NCBI GenBank assembly: GCA_050298595.1
Contig: JBNKUM010000084.1
Span: forward strand, 1-51,872
Length of the DNA stretch: 51,872 nt
Direction of reading: 5' to 3'
Origin: Gammaproteobacteria bacterium
GTDB taxonomy: Bacteria > Pseudomonadota > Gammaproteobacteria > GCA-001735895
Positions 1 to 9,485 of this stretch are shown piece after piece; positions within the stretch are counted from its first letter, which is position 1; each line of letters opens with the position of its first letter. Both the position numbers and the translations under genes were made by a program. Below the pieces are notes generated by a model. The model was not told where the DNA came from. It saw only the letters and a program-made list of their open reading frames with translations, and ran no database searches.

Positions 1-747
1 GGCCAGGGGTAAACCCATCAAGTGGTTGTACAAGCGTGAACCCAGTTCGACATCCACACGATTAGTTGTATGACTGAACAGATAATTTCTGATCCCACCT
101 AATACGGATTCAAACACGACGACTACAAAAAAACCAACGGCGAGTACATCCAGTGTGGTGAAGCCCCGATGCACTAGTACCTTATCCATCACTACCTGAA
201 AGAACAGGGGTGTTACCAGTGCAAATATCTGCAGAAAAAACGAGACAATCAGGACTTCAGAAAAGATCTTTCGGTACTTGACCAAAGAAGGGATAAACCA
301 GGAGATATCAAATTTCTGTTGCAGGCTTTCTGCCAGGCCATGGCGCCGAGTTAATGCGATAAGCTCTCCTGACCATAGCTCGGTAAACTCATCGATAGTT
401 AGAAGCTTTGGTGCTTGATCCCGCAGGTCATGAACCAGAATGCCTGATGAAGTTTTAGTATCGGCATCTTGCGGGTGATCCTTTTTGACATCCTGCGCTA
501 TTCGAGCGAGTACAAAATATTCACCATCCTTAGATTTCGCAATCGCTGGTAATATGCCGCTATTTATTTCTGATAAGGCAGGAGTAATCAGCTTAGCTCT
601 TAAGGTTAAGGCTTTAGCTGCTAATAGTATTTCAGTATTTGAAAATGCCTTTCCTGGCTCAGCAAACTGATGAGTTAGCTGATCGATCTCGGCAGGCAGT
701 TGATGAAACCTTGCAATCGCAACCAATGATTGCAGACCTGTATCCAT
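1..747 (-). CDS. hlyB: Type I secretion ABC transporter, HlyB/RtxB family (N-terminal part; runs off the left edge)
   Basis: Not in the ORF track. Manual translation from ATG at 747: MDTGLQSLVAIARFHQLPA...KFDISWFIPSLVKYRKIFSEVLIVSFFLQIFALVTPLFFQVVMDKVLVHRGFTTLDVL...GIRNYLFSHTTNRVDVELGSRLYNHL. This is a C39-like domain without the catalytic Cys followed by the HlyB transmembrane domain. Confidence 0.93.
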   Translation of the reverse strand, partial: MDTGLQSLVAIARFHQLPAEIDQLTHQFAEPGKAFSNTEILLAAKALTLRAKLITPALSEINSGILPAIAKSKDGEYFVLARIAQDVKKDHPQDADTKTSSGILVHDLRDQAPKLLTIDEFTELWSGELIALTRRHGLAESLQQKFDISWFIPSLVKYRKIFSEVLIVSFFLQIFALVTPLFFQVVMDKVLVHRGFTTLDVLAVGFFVVVVFESVLGGIRNYLFSHTTNRVDVELGSRLYNHLMGLPLA

Positions 748-1059
748 ATATTATTCAACAAAATTCAATTTTTGGGAAAACTAAACAACGAGTTATGCCA
801 GATACTTCAGATATCTGACCGAGAGGAATTTATATGATGGACAGCCGTCTTACAATTAGCTATTTAGCGTACGACACTCATAATCATCTCTACCATTTCC
901 CAAAGAAAGCCGTAGCTATTCATTTTCCTGATTACACCTGAAACTCAGCTTATTAGCCGCACTTAATAAAACACTCACCACAGATTTGGGCAGGATGCCA
1001 GAGCCGAGCTATTGTAGAGATCAAAGCAGGAAATATTATAAGGTAGCTAAAATTCCAGC

Positions 1060-1086
1060 AAAAAAACAAGGGGGCAAAGCCCCCTT
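1060..1086 (-). terminator. Rho-independent terminator
   Basis: Perfect stem aagggggc/gccccctt with a 3-nt loop, followed by a U-tract on the minus strand, about 170 nt after the 1259 stop. Confidence 0.75.
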
Positions 1087-1258
1087 CAAAATTTTATTAT
1101 TATTGTTATTTGTAGAAAACACACTTAAAGCCAGGTTGAAGATTCGATGAATTTTCTACCCTACCATAAGCAATGCCCTCATCCCCCTATTATTTATTTT
1201 ATTTAACTCCTTCAGCCTTTCTATTGTTGATCTGTAGCCAACTTTTTATCATCAGTTA

Positions 1259-2236
1259 TCACTGAATATTTCGTAGCGTCTGTTCACTCCACAGACTTTG
1301 TTTCATATTATCGTCATTGTAGGTTACCACTTCAGGTGGAATCACTGCCCAGGTTTCATGTCCGGTCGCAAAAGTTTTACCATACCAGTACCCGAATACT
1401 ACCTGACGCGGATCAGTTGCACCGGATACGGGTTTCCAGTCACGATCAATAACTTTGATTTTTTCGTCGCCTTTAAAGTACTCGGTGCGGTAGTCAGCAA
1501 AGGATTGAGTATCGACATAACTGATTCGATAGTCATACCACCAGTTATCAAATTTGGTAGTGCTTTTTAATTTATACACCTGTTTTCCTTCAGCTATACA
1601 GGAGGCTCCAGGTAGATCATTTGTATAGCGATTTTTTTCGTTATCAGCCAGGGTCACTGCACCCAGGCAGCCACTAAACGTTTCAGTACCTATTAATTCA
1701 TGGGTTTCATCGTGTGGTTTGCGTAAAACTACATCACCAAAAGTAAAGTCAGTCCCGCCCCAGGCATCACCCTGAGCCGGTTCAGCAAAACGACGAATTT
1801 TGCTCAGTGATGGAATCCAGATGTCATAGGTCGGGTTTCTGGAGGCTTCATCATAATCGGTAACCAGCAAACCAGTACCACGTAATTTTCCTGAGCGGAA
1901 GATGGCCAGATCTCGTGCTTTAACCGATGGATCATCATCGTATTTATTATTCAGGTATCGTTCTACTGTAACCGTTGTAGGCTTTTTCCCCACAGGTTTA
2001 TTCACCAGAACAGTAATCTTTTTATCCTTTTTTCCTATACCATAATTATCAAAACCATAGAAATGGTTGACATAATAAACCTGGTAGATAATCTCGTCTG
2101 CGCCTGGAGTGCCCGTAGGCAATGCTAAAGAGCGATCAACATCGGCATAGGTAATTGAGGCACAGGTAATAGAAGCGAAGACTGTGATAAGGCTTGCGAG
2201 AAAAAATTTCACTGCCGGGGTGTTGAAATGAAACAA
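1259..2236 (-). CDS. Outer-membrane lipoprotein-sorting (LolA-like) periplasmic protein
   Basis: Signal peptide; motifs LRGTGLLV, WIPSLSKIRR, WGGTDFTFGD typical of LolA-like sorting proteins. Confidence 0.75.
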   Translation of the reverse strand: MFHFNTPAVKFFLASLITVFASITCASITYADVDRSLALPTGTPGADEIIYQVYYVNHFYGFDNYGIGKKDKKITVLVNKPVGKKPTTVTVERYLNNKYDDDPSVKARDLAIFRSGKLRGTGLLVTDYDEASRNPTYDIWIPSLSKIRRFAEPAQGDAWGGTDFTFGDVVLRKPHDETHELIGTETFSGCLGAVTLADNEKNRYTNDLPGASCIAEGKQVYKLKSTTKFDNWWYDYRISYVDTQSFADYRTEYFKGDEKIKVIDRDWKPVSGATDPRQVVFGYWYGKTFATGHETWAVIPPEVVTYNDDNMKQSLWSEQTLRNIQ

Positions 2237-2310
2237 TATTTATTCCTCAACTTCACAATTAATACCTCTAACTGGTTTTTTTATAATGAGCTTATAACTT
2301 TTAGATCATT

Positions 2311-2338
2311 ACAATACCCTTTTTATCGATCATGTCAA
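2311..2338 (-). promoter_or_regulatory. Putative sigma70 promoter for the LolA-like gene
   Basis: Minus strand TTGACA-N16-TATTGT, about 75 nt upstream of the start. Confidence 0.45.
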
Positions 2339-2393
2339 ATATAAAATCGCTTTCAATTCAAATACATAAACATCTAAATATAGTAATTTACTT

Positions 2394-3227
2394 ATGAATA
2401 TCCCCCTTACCCTTATTGTGGAAAATATAAACGCCTCATTTAGTGAGGATATAGGCACTGGTGACATCACTGCCTCACTAATCGCGGATGATGCCACGCT
2501 GAATGTCAGCCTGATTTGTCGTGAACCTGCCGTGTTATGCGGTAGCCAGTGGTTTTCTCAGGCATTTCTGCAACTTGATTCCGAAGTTGAAATAAACTGG
2601 CTGGCTAGCGAAGGTCAATTGCTACAGGCGGACTCAATTGTGTGCCGACTAAAAGGTAATGCTCGTGCAATTTTGAGCGCTGAAAGAACCGCACTCAACT
2701 TTCTGCAAACCCTGAGTGCAACCGCCACTGTGACTCACCGTTACCAAAGCCAGATAGCTGATACCGGATGCAAGATTCTGGACACCCGAAAAACCATACC
2801 CGGTCTTCGCCTGGCTCAGAAATATGCCGTTAAATGTGGCGGTGGTACTAACCATAGAATTGGATTATTCGATGCCTACCTGTTAAAGGAAAACCATCTC
2901 GCTGCTGCTGGTAGTATTTCAGCTGCAGTGAAACATGCGCGAGATTTGCACCCGGAGGTATTGCTAGAAGTTGAAGTTGAGAGCCTTGATCAGCTACAAC
3001 AGGCCATGGATGCCAAAGTAGACCGGGTTTTACTGGATAATTTCAGCACAGAAATGCTAGAGCAAGCGGTATCTCAGGCAGGTGGCACCGTAGAACTGGA
3101 GGCTTCAGGCAATATTACATTGGAAAATATTCGTGAAATTGCCGAATGCGGGGTTGATTTTATCTCTATTGGAGCACTCACCAAGCACGTTCAGGCCATT
3201 GATTTTTCTTTGCGATACGACGACTAA
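2394..3227 (+). CDS. nadC: Nicotinate-nucleotide diphosphorylase (quinolinate phosphoribosyltransferase)
   Basis: EDIGTGDIT, AERTALNFLQ, DTRKTIPGLR, NHRIGLFD, EVEVE, LLDNF, EASGNI motifs. Confidence 0.97.
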   Translation: MNIPLTLIVENINASFSEDIGTGDITASLIADDATLNVSLICREPAVLCGSQWFSQAFLQLDSEVEINWLASEGQLLQADSIVCRLKGNARAILSAERTALNFLQTLSATATVTHRYQSQIADTGCKILDTRKTIPGLRLAQKYAVKCGGGTNHRIGLFDAYLLKENHLAAAGSISAAVKHARDLHPEVLLEVEVESLDQLQQAMDAKVDRVLLDNFSTEMLEQAVSQAGGTVELEASGNITLENIREIAECGVDFISIGALTKHVQAIDFSLRYDD

Positions 3228-3415
3228 GCGAGTTTAAATGACCTTATTGCCTGCTATGTTCACATAAACCTATGTTAAAAACTTCTATACATATCACCGA
3301 GAATTTCATAAATTAGCTAGCGCCCCATAAAACTGATATCAGTATCGGCAGGGTCATACCACTAACATATGATGCTGTATAGAAGGCTAATCTGAGCTTA
3401 AACACAGAATTATAT

Positions 3416-3444
3416 GGAATAAAAACATTTAAAAAATACTCTAA
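3416..3444 (+). promoter_or_regulatory. Putative autoregulatory ECF promoter
   Basis: GGAATAA-N17-TCTAA ending 18 nt before the ECF start; resembles the GGAACTT-N16/17-TCnAA ECF consensus. Confidence 0.45.
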
Positions 3445-3462
3445 CAACTAACGGTCATTGAT

Positions 3463-4011
3463 ATGTTTAAACGACGCAATAGGCACAAGAAATTAACGCG
3501 CGAGTTATGTGAGAATCGTGTTAGATTTTACAGGCTGGCCTTCTCCTGGTGTTCAGATCAGATGCTGGCAGATGATCTGGTTCAGGAAGCAATGCAGAAA
3601 GCATTTCTATCCTTCGATAGCTTGAAGGAAGACAGTAAATTGAACGCATGGACCTGCCGCATCATGCTCAATTGCTTTCGCGATCACTTGCGCCGCCAGA
3701 AAGATACAGTAGATGTGGATGACTATGATTTTGCGGACAATTTTGACCCGGCCAGCAGTTACGACCAGCGAGATACCAGCAATATTGTGCGTCTTTGCAT
3801 ATCTCGACTGAATGAAAAACACCGTAATGTGGTGACATTGGTCGATCTGATGGAAATGTCGTATGAGGAAGTTTCTCATGCACTGGAAATACCTATAGGT
3901 ACGGTAATGAGCCGTTTATGTCGTGCTCGTAGCCAGTTAAAAAGTTTACTCGAAAAATATAGTAGTGAAATTGAACAACCCATACAGAGGCGAATACACC
4001 GAGTTAAATAA
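3463..4011 (+). CDS. ECF-family RNA polymerase sigma factor
   Basis: Region 2 (ADDLVQEAMQKA, LNAWTCRIMLN) and region 4 (MSYEEVSHALEIPIGTVMSRLCRAR); 182 aa. Confidence 0.95.
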   Translation: MFKRRNRHKKLTRELCENRVRFYRLAFSWCSDQMLADDLVQEAMQKAFLSFDSLKEDSKLNAWTCRIMLNCFRDHLRRQKDTVDVDDYDFADNFDPASSYDQRDTSNIVRLCISRLNEKHRNVVTLVDLMEMSYEEVSHALEIPIGTVMSRLCRARSQLKSLLEKYSSEIEQPIQRRIHRVK

Positions 4012-4014
4012 AGG

Positions 4015-4728
4015 ATGAATACACTGGACCCCAATAAACCGATATCTGATGAATTATTGAATTCATTTATCGATGGACAGATTACTGACGAAGAGCGCCA
4101 CGAAATACTGGATCTGCTTGAGCAGGATAAAGCCCTTGCAGCCAGGGTATGTGAGTTCCAGCGCGTAAAACAGCGCGTAAAACTAGCCTACGACCAGATT
4201 CCCACCTCTCACTTATCTGAGACTGTGGTACAGAAATCCAGTTATTTTCCTCGAATTGCCGCAGCGGTTGCTATCTTCTGCCTGGGTATATTGCTGGGAA
4301 CTGTTGGCTTAAATCTGATTCAGCCAGAGCAACAAAGCGAAAGCCTGGCGACGAACGACGCAACCACCAAAGTGCTGGTGCATTTGACTACTTCAGATTC
4401 TGAAAGCGGTCTGAATACCTTTACGAATTTAGAAAACATGCTACAGGAATACCGCGAAAGAGGTCAAAACATCAGAGTCGAAGTCGTTGCTAATGGCCAT
4501 GGCATCAATCTATTGCGTCAGGGCACTACACCTTTTGCAGCATTGATTGCGCGTCTTACAGAAGAATACAAAAATCTATCTTTTGCCGCCTGTAAAAACA
4601 CTATAGACCAGATTCAAATCACCAGCGATGAAGAAATCGACCTCATTCCACAGGCTAAACTGATTGATTCAGGCATCGTAGAAGTGATTCAACGCCAGCA
4701 ACAGGGGTGGACCTATATTCGTGGCTAA
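4015..4728 (+). CDS. Transmembrane anti-sigma factor fused to a C-terminal periplasmic DsrE-like domain
   Basis: N-terminal anti-sigma domain (SDELLNSFIDGQITDEER); one TM helix (IAAAVAIFCLGILLG); DsrE-like motifs KVLVHL, VEVVANGHGINLL, FAACKNT, SGIVEVIQRQQQGWTYI. Confidence 0.85.
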   Translation: MNTLDPNKPISDELLNSFIDGQITDEERHEILDLLEQDKALAARVCEFQRVKQRVKLAYDQIPTSHLSETVVQKSSYFPRIAAAVAIFCLGILLGTVGLNLIQPEQQSESLATNDATTKVLVHLTTSDSESGLNTFTNLENMLQEYRERGQNIRVEVVANGHGINLLRQGTTPFAALIARLTEEYKNLSFAACKNTIDQIQITSDEEIDLIPQAKLIDSGIVEVIQRQQQGWTYIRG

Positions 4729-5128
4729 ATGCCTACTGTTGATAGCTAGTCTGTTATTCGCAACAAACCTGCTAGCAGCTCCGGATAAAATTGTATATCA
4801 CCTGAACAGCGGCCGTTCCGATGTGCAATGGAAAACCATTACCAATCTGGAAAATCTATTTCTCGGCTCTGTGGATCAGTCTCTGGATGTTAAAATCCTA
4901 CTACAGGGCCCGGGCATAAACCTGATTAACAAGGTCAATGAAAATCGCGACCTGGGTATGCGTCTGGAAGAACTCATCAGTCTAGGCCTGCAAATCGAGG
5001 TCAGCCGCGAGAACTATTATAAAAATCGCCATACTCTGAATCTCAATCACCCTCCGAAACTGGTCAGTAATATCTTTAGCCGGATTATTGAATTACAGAA
5101 CAAAGGCTACCAGTACGTCACGCCTTAG
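4721..5128 (+). CDS. Secreted DsrE-like protein lacking the conserved Cys
   Basis: Signal peptide; KIVYHLN, ITNLENL, LQGPGINLI, IIELQNKGYQYV align with the upstream DsrE-like domain; IEVSREN where the paralogue has FAACKNT. Overlaps the upstream stop. Confidence 0.75.
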   Translation: MAKCLLLIASLLFATNLLAAPDKIVYHLNSGRSDVQWKTITNLENLFLGSVDQSLDVKILLQGPGINLINKVNENRDLGMRLEELISLGLQIEVSRENYYKNRHTLNLNHPPKLVSNIFSRIIELQNKGYQYVTP

Positions 5129-5133
5129 ATGGT

Positions 5134-5547
5134 TCAATCATTCGTTAAAGGAATGATAGTTTCCAGCTGACGAAACCAGCGCGGAATGGGGGTCAGCCGC
5201 ACCAGCAAACCGGCAAATACACCCACACTATTGGCCAGCATGTCATTCACTTCCATGTAGCGATAACCGGTCATTCCCTGCAAAAACTCTAGCACTACGC
5301 CAAACAGGATCAAGCCCGGTACAACTTTAAGCAGACTGATATTGCGGCACACCAGTGTGGAAAATACCGCACTCATAAAGGCATAGGTCAGCAAATGCAG
5401 CAGCTTGTCACTGACGCCCATCTCTGGCGCAGGCATTAATGAGGCGAATGCGACTACGGCCAGCATCATGTAGGCGATACTGAACCATAGTCGTGAATAC
5501 CTTAATGGGGTGAGTTCTCTCACCATATTTATATGCTCAACACTCAA
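5134..5547 (-). CDS. VanZ-family membrane protein
   Basis: DKLLHLLTY, EFLQGMTGYR, DMLANSVG motifs; ATGA overlap with the aminotransferase stop. Confidence 0.88.
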   Translation of the reverse strand: MSVEHINMVRELTPLRYSRLWFSIAYMMLAVVAFASLMPAPEMGVSDKLLHLLTYAFMSAVFSTLVCRNISLLKVVPGLILFGVVLEFLQGMTGYRYMEVNDMLANSVGVFAGLLVRLTPIPRWFRQLETIIPLTND

Positions 5548-6722
5548 GCCGAATATACTGCCTGTGCTGCAGGTAAAGCTACTCCCTTATTGATTGGAGC
5601 CCCCATATCGCCCAATATCGCTTCCAGTGCTGACAGGCAGAAAATTACATTTTCAGAGCGCGCACTATGCCCCATCAAACCAAGACGCCAAACTTTACCT
5701 GCAAAATCTCCTAACCCAGCACCAATTTCTAGATTGTACTCATTCAACAGGCGCGCGCGAACGACAGCATCATCTACCCCTTGTGGAATCATCACTGAGT
5801 TCAACTGTGGTAGTCGTGCTGCTTCGTCAACCAGAAAACTGATACCCATGGCTTCAAGCCCGGCTTTTAATGCCGAATGTTGATGCGCATGGCGATTCCA
5901 GGCATTTTCCAGGCCTTCATCGCGCAGCATAACCAAAGACTCATGCAAGGCGTAAAGTGCATTGACTGGAGCCGTATGGTGGTAAGCACGCTTAGTACCC
6001 TGCCCCCAATACCCCATGACAAGGTTTAAATCCAGAAACCAGCTTTGCACAGGCGTCTTACGATTTTTAATTTTTTCAATTGCTCGCTCACTGAAGGTAA
6101 CAGGCGATAAACCCGGCACACAGGAAAGACATTTCTGGGTACCTGAATACACTGCATCTAGACCCCACTCATCCACCTTAATGGGCGTTCCACCCAGCGA
6201 AGTAACACAATCGGCAATTACAAGGCAATGATGCTTATGTGCGAGTTGCCAGATACCTTTAGCATCTGACTGGGCTCCTGTAGAGGTTTCGGCATGCACA
6301 AAGGCTACAATTTTCGCATCAGGATTAGATTCCAGCGCCTGTTGCAACTTTGCCAGATCGACCGGTTTACCCCAGTCATCCATCACCATCACCGCCTCGC
6401 CACCGATACGCTGTACATTCTCTTTCATGCGTCCGCCGAACACACCATTCTGACATACGATAACCTTATCTCCAGGCTCAACCAGATTCACAAAACAGGT
6501 CTCCATGCCTGCTGAACCCGGTGCAGAAACCGGTATCGTTAACTCATTATCGGTTTGAAAAGCATATTGCAGCAGCTTTTTCACCTCATCCATCATGTCC
6601 ACAAACATAGGATCGAGATGACCGATAGTTGGCCTGGAGAGTGCCTGTAAAATTCTAGGATGGACGTCGGATGGACCTGGCCCCATAAGTGTACGCACGG
6701 GGGGATTAAATGAAACTGGCAT
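5544..6722 (-). CDS. Alanine--glyoxylate / serine--pyruvate aminotransferase (PLP class V)
   Basis: LMGPGPS, HAETSTG, DCVTSLGG, SGTQKCL (PLP Lys), YHHTAP, WRLGLMG. Confidence 0.93.
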   Translation of the reverse strand: MPVSFNPPVRTLMGPGPSDVHPRILQALSRPTIGHLDPMFVDMMDEVKKLLQYAFQTDNELTIPVSAPGSAGMETCFVNLVEPGDKVIVCQNGVFGGRMKENVQRIGGEAVMVMDDWGKPVDLAKLQQALESNPDAKIVAFVHAETSTGAQSDAKGIWQLAHKHHCLVIADCVTSLGGTPIKVDEWGLDAVYSGTQKCLSCVPGLSPVTFSERAIEKIKNRKTPVQSWFLDLNLVMGYWGQGTKRAYHHTAPVNALYALHESLVMLRDEGLENAWNRHAHQHSALKAGLEAMGISFLVDEAARLPQLNSVMIPQGVDDAVVRARLLNEYNLEIGAGLGDFAGKVWRLGLMGHSARSENVIFCLSALEAILGDMGAPINKGVALPAAQAVYSA

Positions 6723-6898
6723 AATATTTTCCCTGGTTTTTTTATAAATGTATTTGTCTGGGTTAGATTCTGTCTGAATCGGATATTACTGTAAACCCAC
6801 TATTTGTGGCTGAATACTCTAAACCCACTGATTTGATATTTTAAATCTTCTCACAGTTAGCCTACAATCGGATGTTCATTTTGCAAAATCAGAATAAT

Positions 6899-8395
6899 AT
6901 GGCATTTGACTCTCAAAGCGGTGAATTTGAATTTAAAAACTGGGAGATACAGCAGGTTGTGTCGGACCTGAGTCCATTATTACCCGCTGACAGCCTGCTC
7001 CATCACCAGGCCCAGCTGATTTCCTTCGAATGCGATGGCCTGTCCGCTTACCGCAAGATCCCCAAGATGGTCGTACTGCCGGAAACCATCGAGCAATGTC
7101 AGCAAATTGTTCGCTACTGTCATAAAAACGCCATTCCACTCATCGCCAGAGGTGCGGGCACCGGTCTCGCAGGGGGTGTATTGCCCGTTGAACAGGCCAT
7201 CGTCATGGGCTTAAGTAAATTCAATCGCATCAAAAGCATAGACCCTTTGCAACGTCTGGCGGTTGTCGAGCCGGGAGTACGAAATCTTGCCATCACCGAA
7301 GCAGCCACTCAATACGGTCTGTATTACGCGCCCGACCCCTCTTCACAGATAGCCTGTTCCATTGGTGGTAACGTGGCAGAAAACTCCGGTGGCGTGCACA
7401 GCCTGAAATATGGCCTGACAGTGAATAATGTCATGGGCATTAAAATGCTAGATAGCGAAGGAGAACTGATTGAAATCGGTGGTCAGCAATGCATGGATAG
7501 CCCTGGTTACGACATACTGGCCCTGATGCACGGCTCCGAAGGGTTGCTCGGCATCATCATGGAAGTCACCGTACGTCTGGTGCCAAAACCGCAGGCAGCA
7601 CAGGTGGTACTCGCTGCCTTTGACGATGTCAGCAATGCCGGAGCAGCGGTACGCGATATCATCAGTGCAGGCATTATTCCCGCTGGCCTCGAAATGATGG
7701 ATCGTCTGGCCATACAGGCGGCAGAAGATTTCGTTCATGCCGACTACCCGATATGTGAAGCCCTGTTGCTGTGCGAACTGGATGGAACACTGGCTGAGAT
7801 CGAACAACAGATGAGCGAAGTCAAACATATCCTGCAGCAGTGTTCGTCTCACGATATCCGTCTGTCACAAAACGATAAACAACGCGCATTATTCTGGGCT
7901 GGACGCAAAGCCGCATTCCCCGCAGTGGGACGTATCTCGCCGGATTATTACTGCATGGATGGCACCATTCCACGCAAGGCATTACCTGATGTACTCAAGT
8001 CTATTGCCGAATTTTCCACTCAGTATGGTCTACCGGTAGCCAATGTATTTCACGCAGGTGACGGTAACCTGCACCCACTGATTCTGTATGATGCCAATAA
8101 ACCCGGCGACCTGGATAAGGCTGAAGCGCTGGGCGGAGATATTCTAAGGCTCTGCGTCGATAAAGGCGGTACGATCACCGGAGAACATGGCGTGGGTGTA
8201 GAAAAGATTGACCATATGTGTCACCAGTTTACCTCACCCGAATTGATTCAGTTTCACCGCATTAAATCGCAACTCGATCCGCAGGGCATACTCAACCCGG
8301 GCAAGGCGATACCCAGCCTGCACCGCTGCGCCGAACTGGGTGCCATGCATGTGCATAATGGTCAACTGGCCCACCCTGATATCCCGAGGTTTTGA
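6899..8395 (+). CDS. glcD: Glycolate oxidase FAD-linked subunit GlcD
   Basis: ARGAGTGL, YAPDPSSQIACSIGGNVAENSGG, HAGDGNLHP, GEHGVG, C-terminal HPDIPRF. Start placed at the second Met; the ORF track uses 6872. Confidence 0.95.
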   Translation: MAFDSQSGEFEFKNWEIQQVVSDLSPLLPADSLLHHQAQLISFECDGLSAYRKIPKMVVLPETIEQCQQIVRYCHKNAIPLIARGAGTGLAGGVLPVEQAIVMGLSKFNRIKSIDPLQRLAVVEPGVRNLAITEAATQYGLYYAPDPSSQIACSIGGNVAENSGGVHSLKYGLTVNNVMGIKMLDSEGELIEIGGQQCMDSPGYDILALMHGSEGLLGIIMEVTVRLVPKPQAAQVVLAAFDDVSNAGAAVRDIISAGIIPAGLEMMDRLAIQAAEDFVHADYPICEALLLCELDGTLAEIEQQMSEVKHILQQCSSHDIRLSQNDKQRALFWAGRKAAFPAVGRISPDYYCMDGTIPRKALPDVLKSIAEFSTQYGLPVANVFHAGDGNLHPLILYDANKPGDLDKAEALGGDILRLCVDKGGTITGEHGVGVEKIDHMCHQFTSPELIQFHRIKSQLDPQGILNPGKAIPSLHRCAELGAMHVHNGQLAHPDIPRF

Positions 8396-9468
8396 TGACT
8401 ATGAACCAGGACAATACACAGCAAATACAACAACAGGTTGAACAGGCCCTCGGTAACCTGCAGGCACTCTCCATCCATGGATCGGGTAGCCATCAATTTA
8501 TGCTGGACGAATTTAACGAAGCGCACAGCATCGATATGCGCGAGCACTGTGGCATTATCGATTACCAGCCCACCGAACTCACCTTAAAGGTTCGCAGTGG
8601 AACAGCTATCCACGAATTAAACCCCTTGTTACAGCAGAACCGACAGCGCCTGCCAACTGATTTCCCGATGTACTCTGAAGCCTGCACCGTGGGTGGAGCC
8701 ATCGCGCTAGGCCATAGTGGATCTGGTCGTCCGTTTCACGGTGCCATCCGTGATCATGTCCTGGGCGTCACTATCATTAATGGTCTCGCACAACCCTTGA
8801 GTGGAGGCGGTCAGGTGATGAAGAATGTCGCGGGTTACGACATATCGCGCCTGCTTTGTGGCTCCCGAGGTACTTTGGGACCCATATTGGATATTACACT
8901 CAAGGTACTGCCCCAACCCGAAACTCAGGTTACACTCACTTTTGAACAGGATGAAGCTTCTGCCATTCGCAGCATGAATCAAATGGCCGGCGAGGCATTG
9001 CCGATCACGGCAGCCTGTTATTATCAACAACAAATGATTATCCGCTTACAGGGCACTGAATCTGGAGTACGTCATGCCGAACAGAAAATGGGCGGCGAAA
9101 GTATGCCAGACGATCAACCGTTCTGGGACAGCATCCAGCAACAAACACACTCATTCTTTGCCGATGCAGACTCACTCTGGCGTATTATATTACCGGCCAG
9201 CGCACTACCGCTTGAACTGGAAAATGACCACTCTAGCTTCATAGACTGGTGTGGCGGTTTACGCTGGCTACAGTGCGACACGATAACTCAAAGCGACTTT
9301 ATGCATATTCGCAACATTGGGGGCTATATAGAGGCACATAAGGGTGCTGCACCCACCCAACCCGCAACCTTGATGGATACCCTGCAAATCAAGATGCATC
9401 AGAAAATCAAGCATGCTTTCGACCCTCATAACCTGTTTAATCCCAAACTCAGCCAGTTTAATGATTGA
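8395..9468 (+). CDS. glcE: Glycolate oxidase FAD-binding subunit GlcE
   Basis: GIIDYQPTELT, GGQVMKNVAGYDISRL, DWCGGLRW, FDPHNLFNP; TGATG coupling to glcD. Confidence 0.93.
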   Translation: MTMNQDNTQQIQQQVEQALGNLQALSIHGSGSHQFMLDEFNEAHSIDMREHCGIIDYQPTELTLKVRSGTAIHELNPLLQQNRQRLPTDFPMYSEACTVGGAIALGHSGSGRPFHGAIRDHVLGVTIINGLAQPLSGGGQVMKNVAGYDISRLLCGSRGTLGPILDITLKVLPQPETQVTLTFEQDEASAIRSMNQMAGEALPITAACYYQQQMIIRLQGTESGVRHAEQKMGGESMPDDQPFWDSIQQQTHSFFADADSLWRIILPASALPLELENDHSSFIDWCGGLRWLQCDTITQSDFMHIRNIGGYIEAHKGAAPTQPATLMDTLQIKMHQKIKHAFDPHNLFNPKLSQFND

Positions 9469-9485
9469 GATAAGACGCCTGTAGC

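Noticed and set aside
485-670. 61-aa ORF and the many other short ORFs overlapping long genes
   Set aside because: Antisense or alternative-frame shadows of well-supported CDSs (here hlyB).
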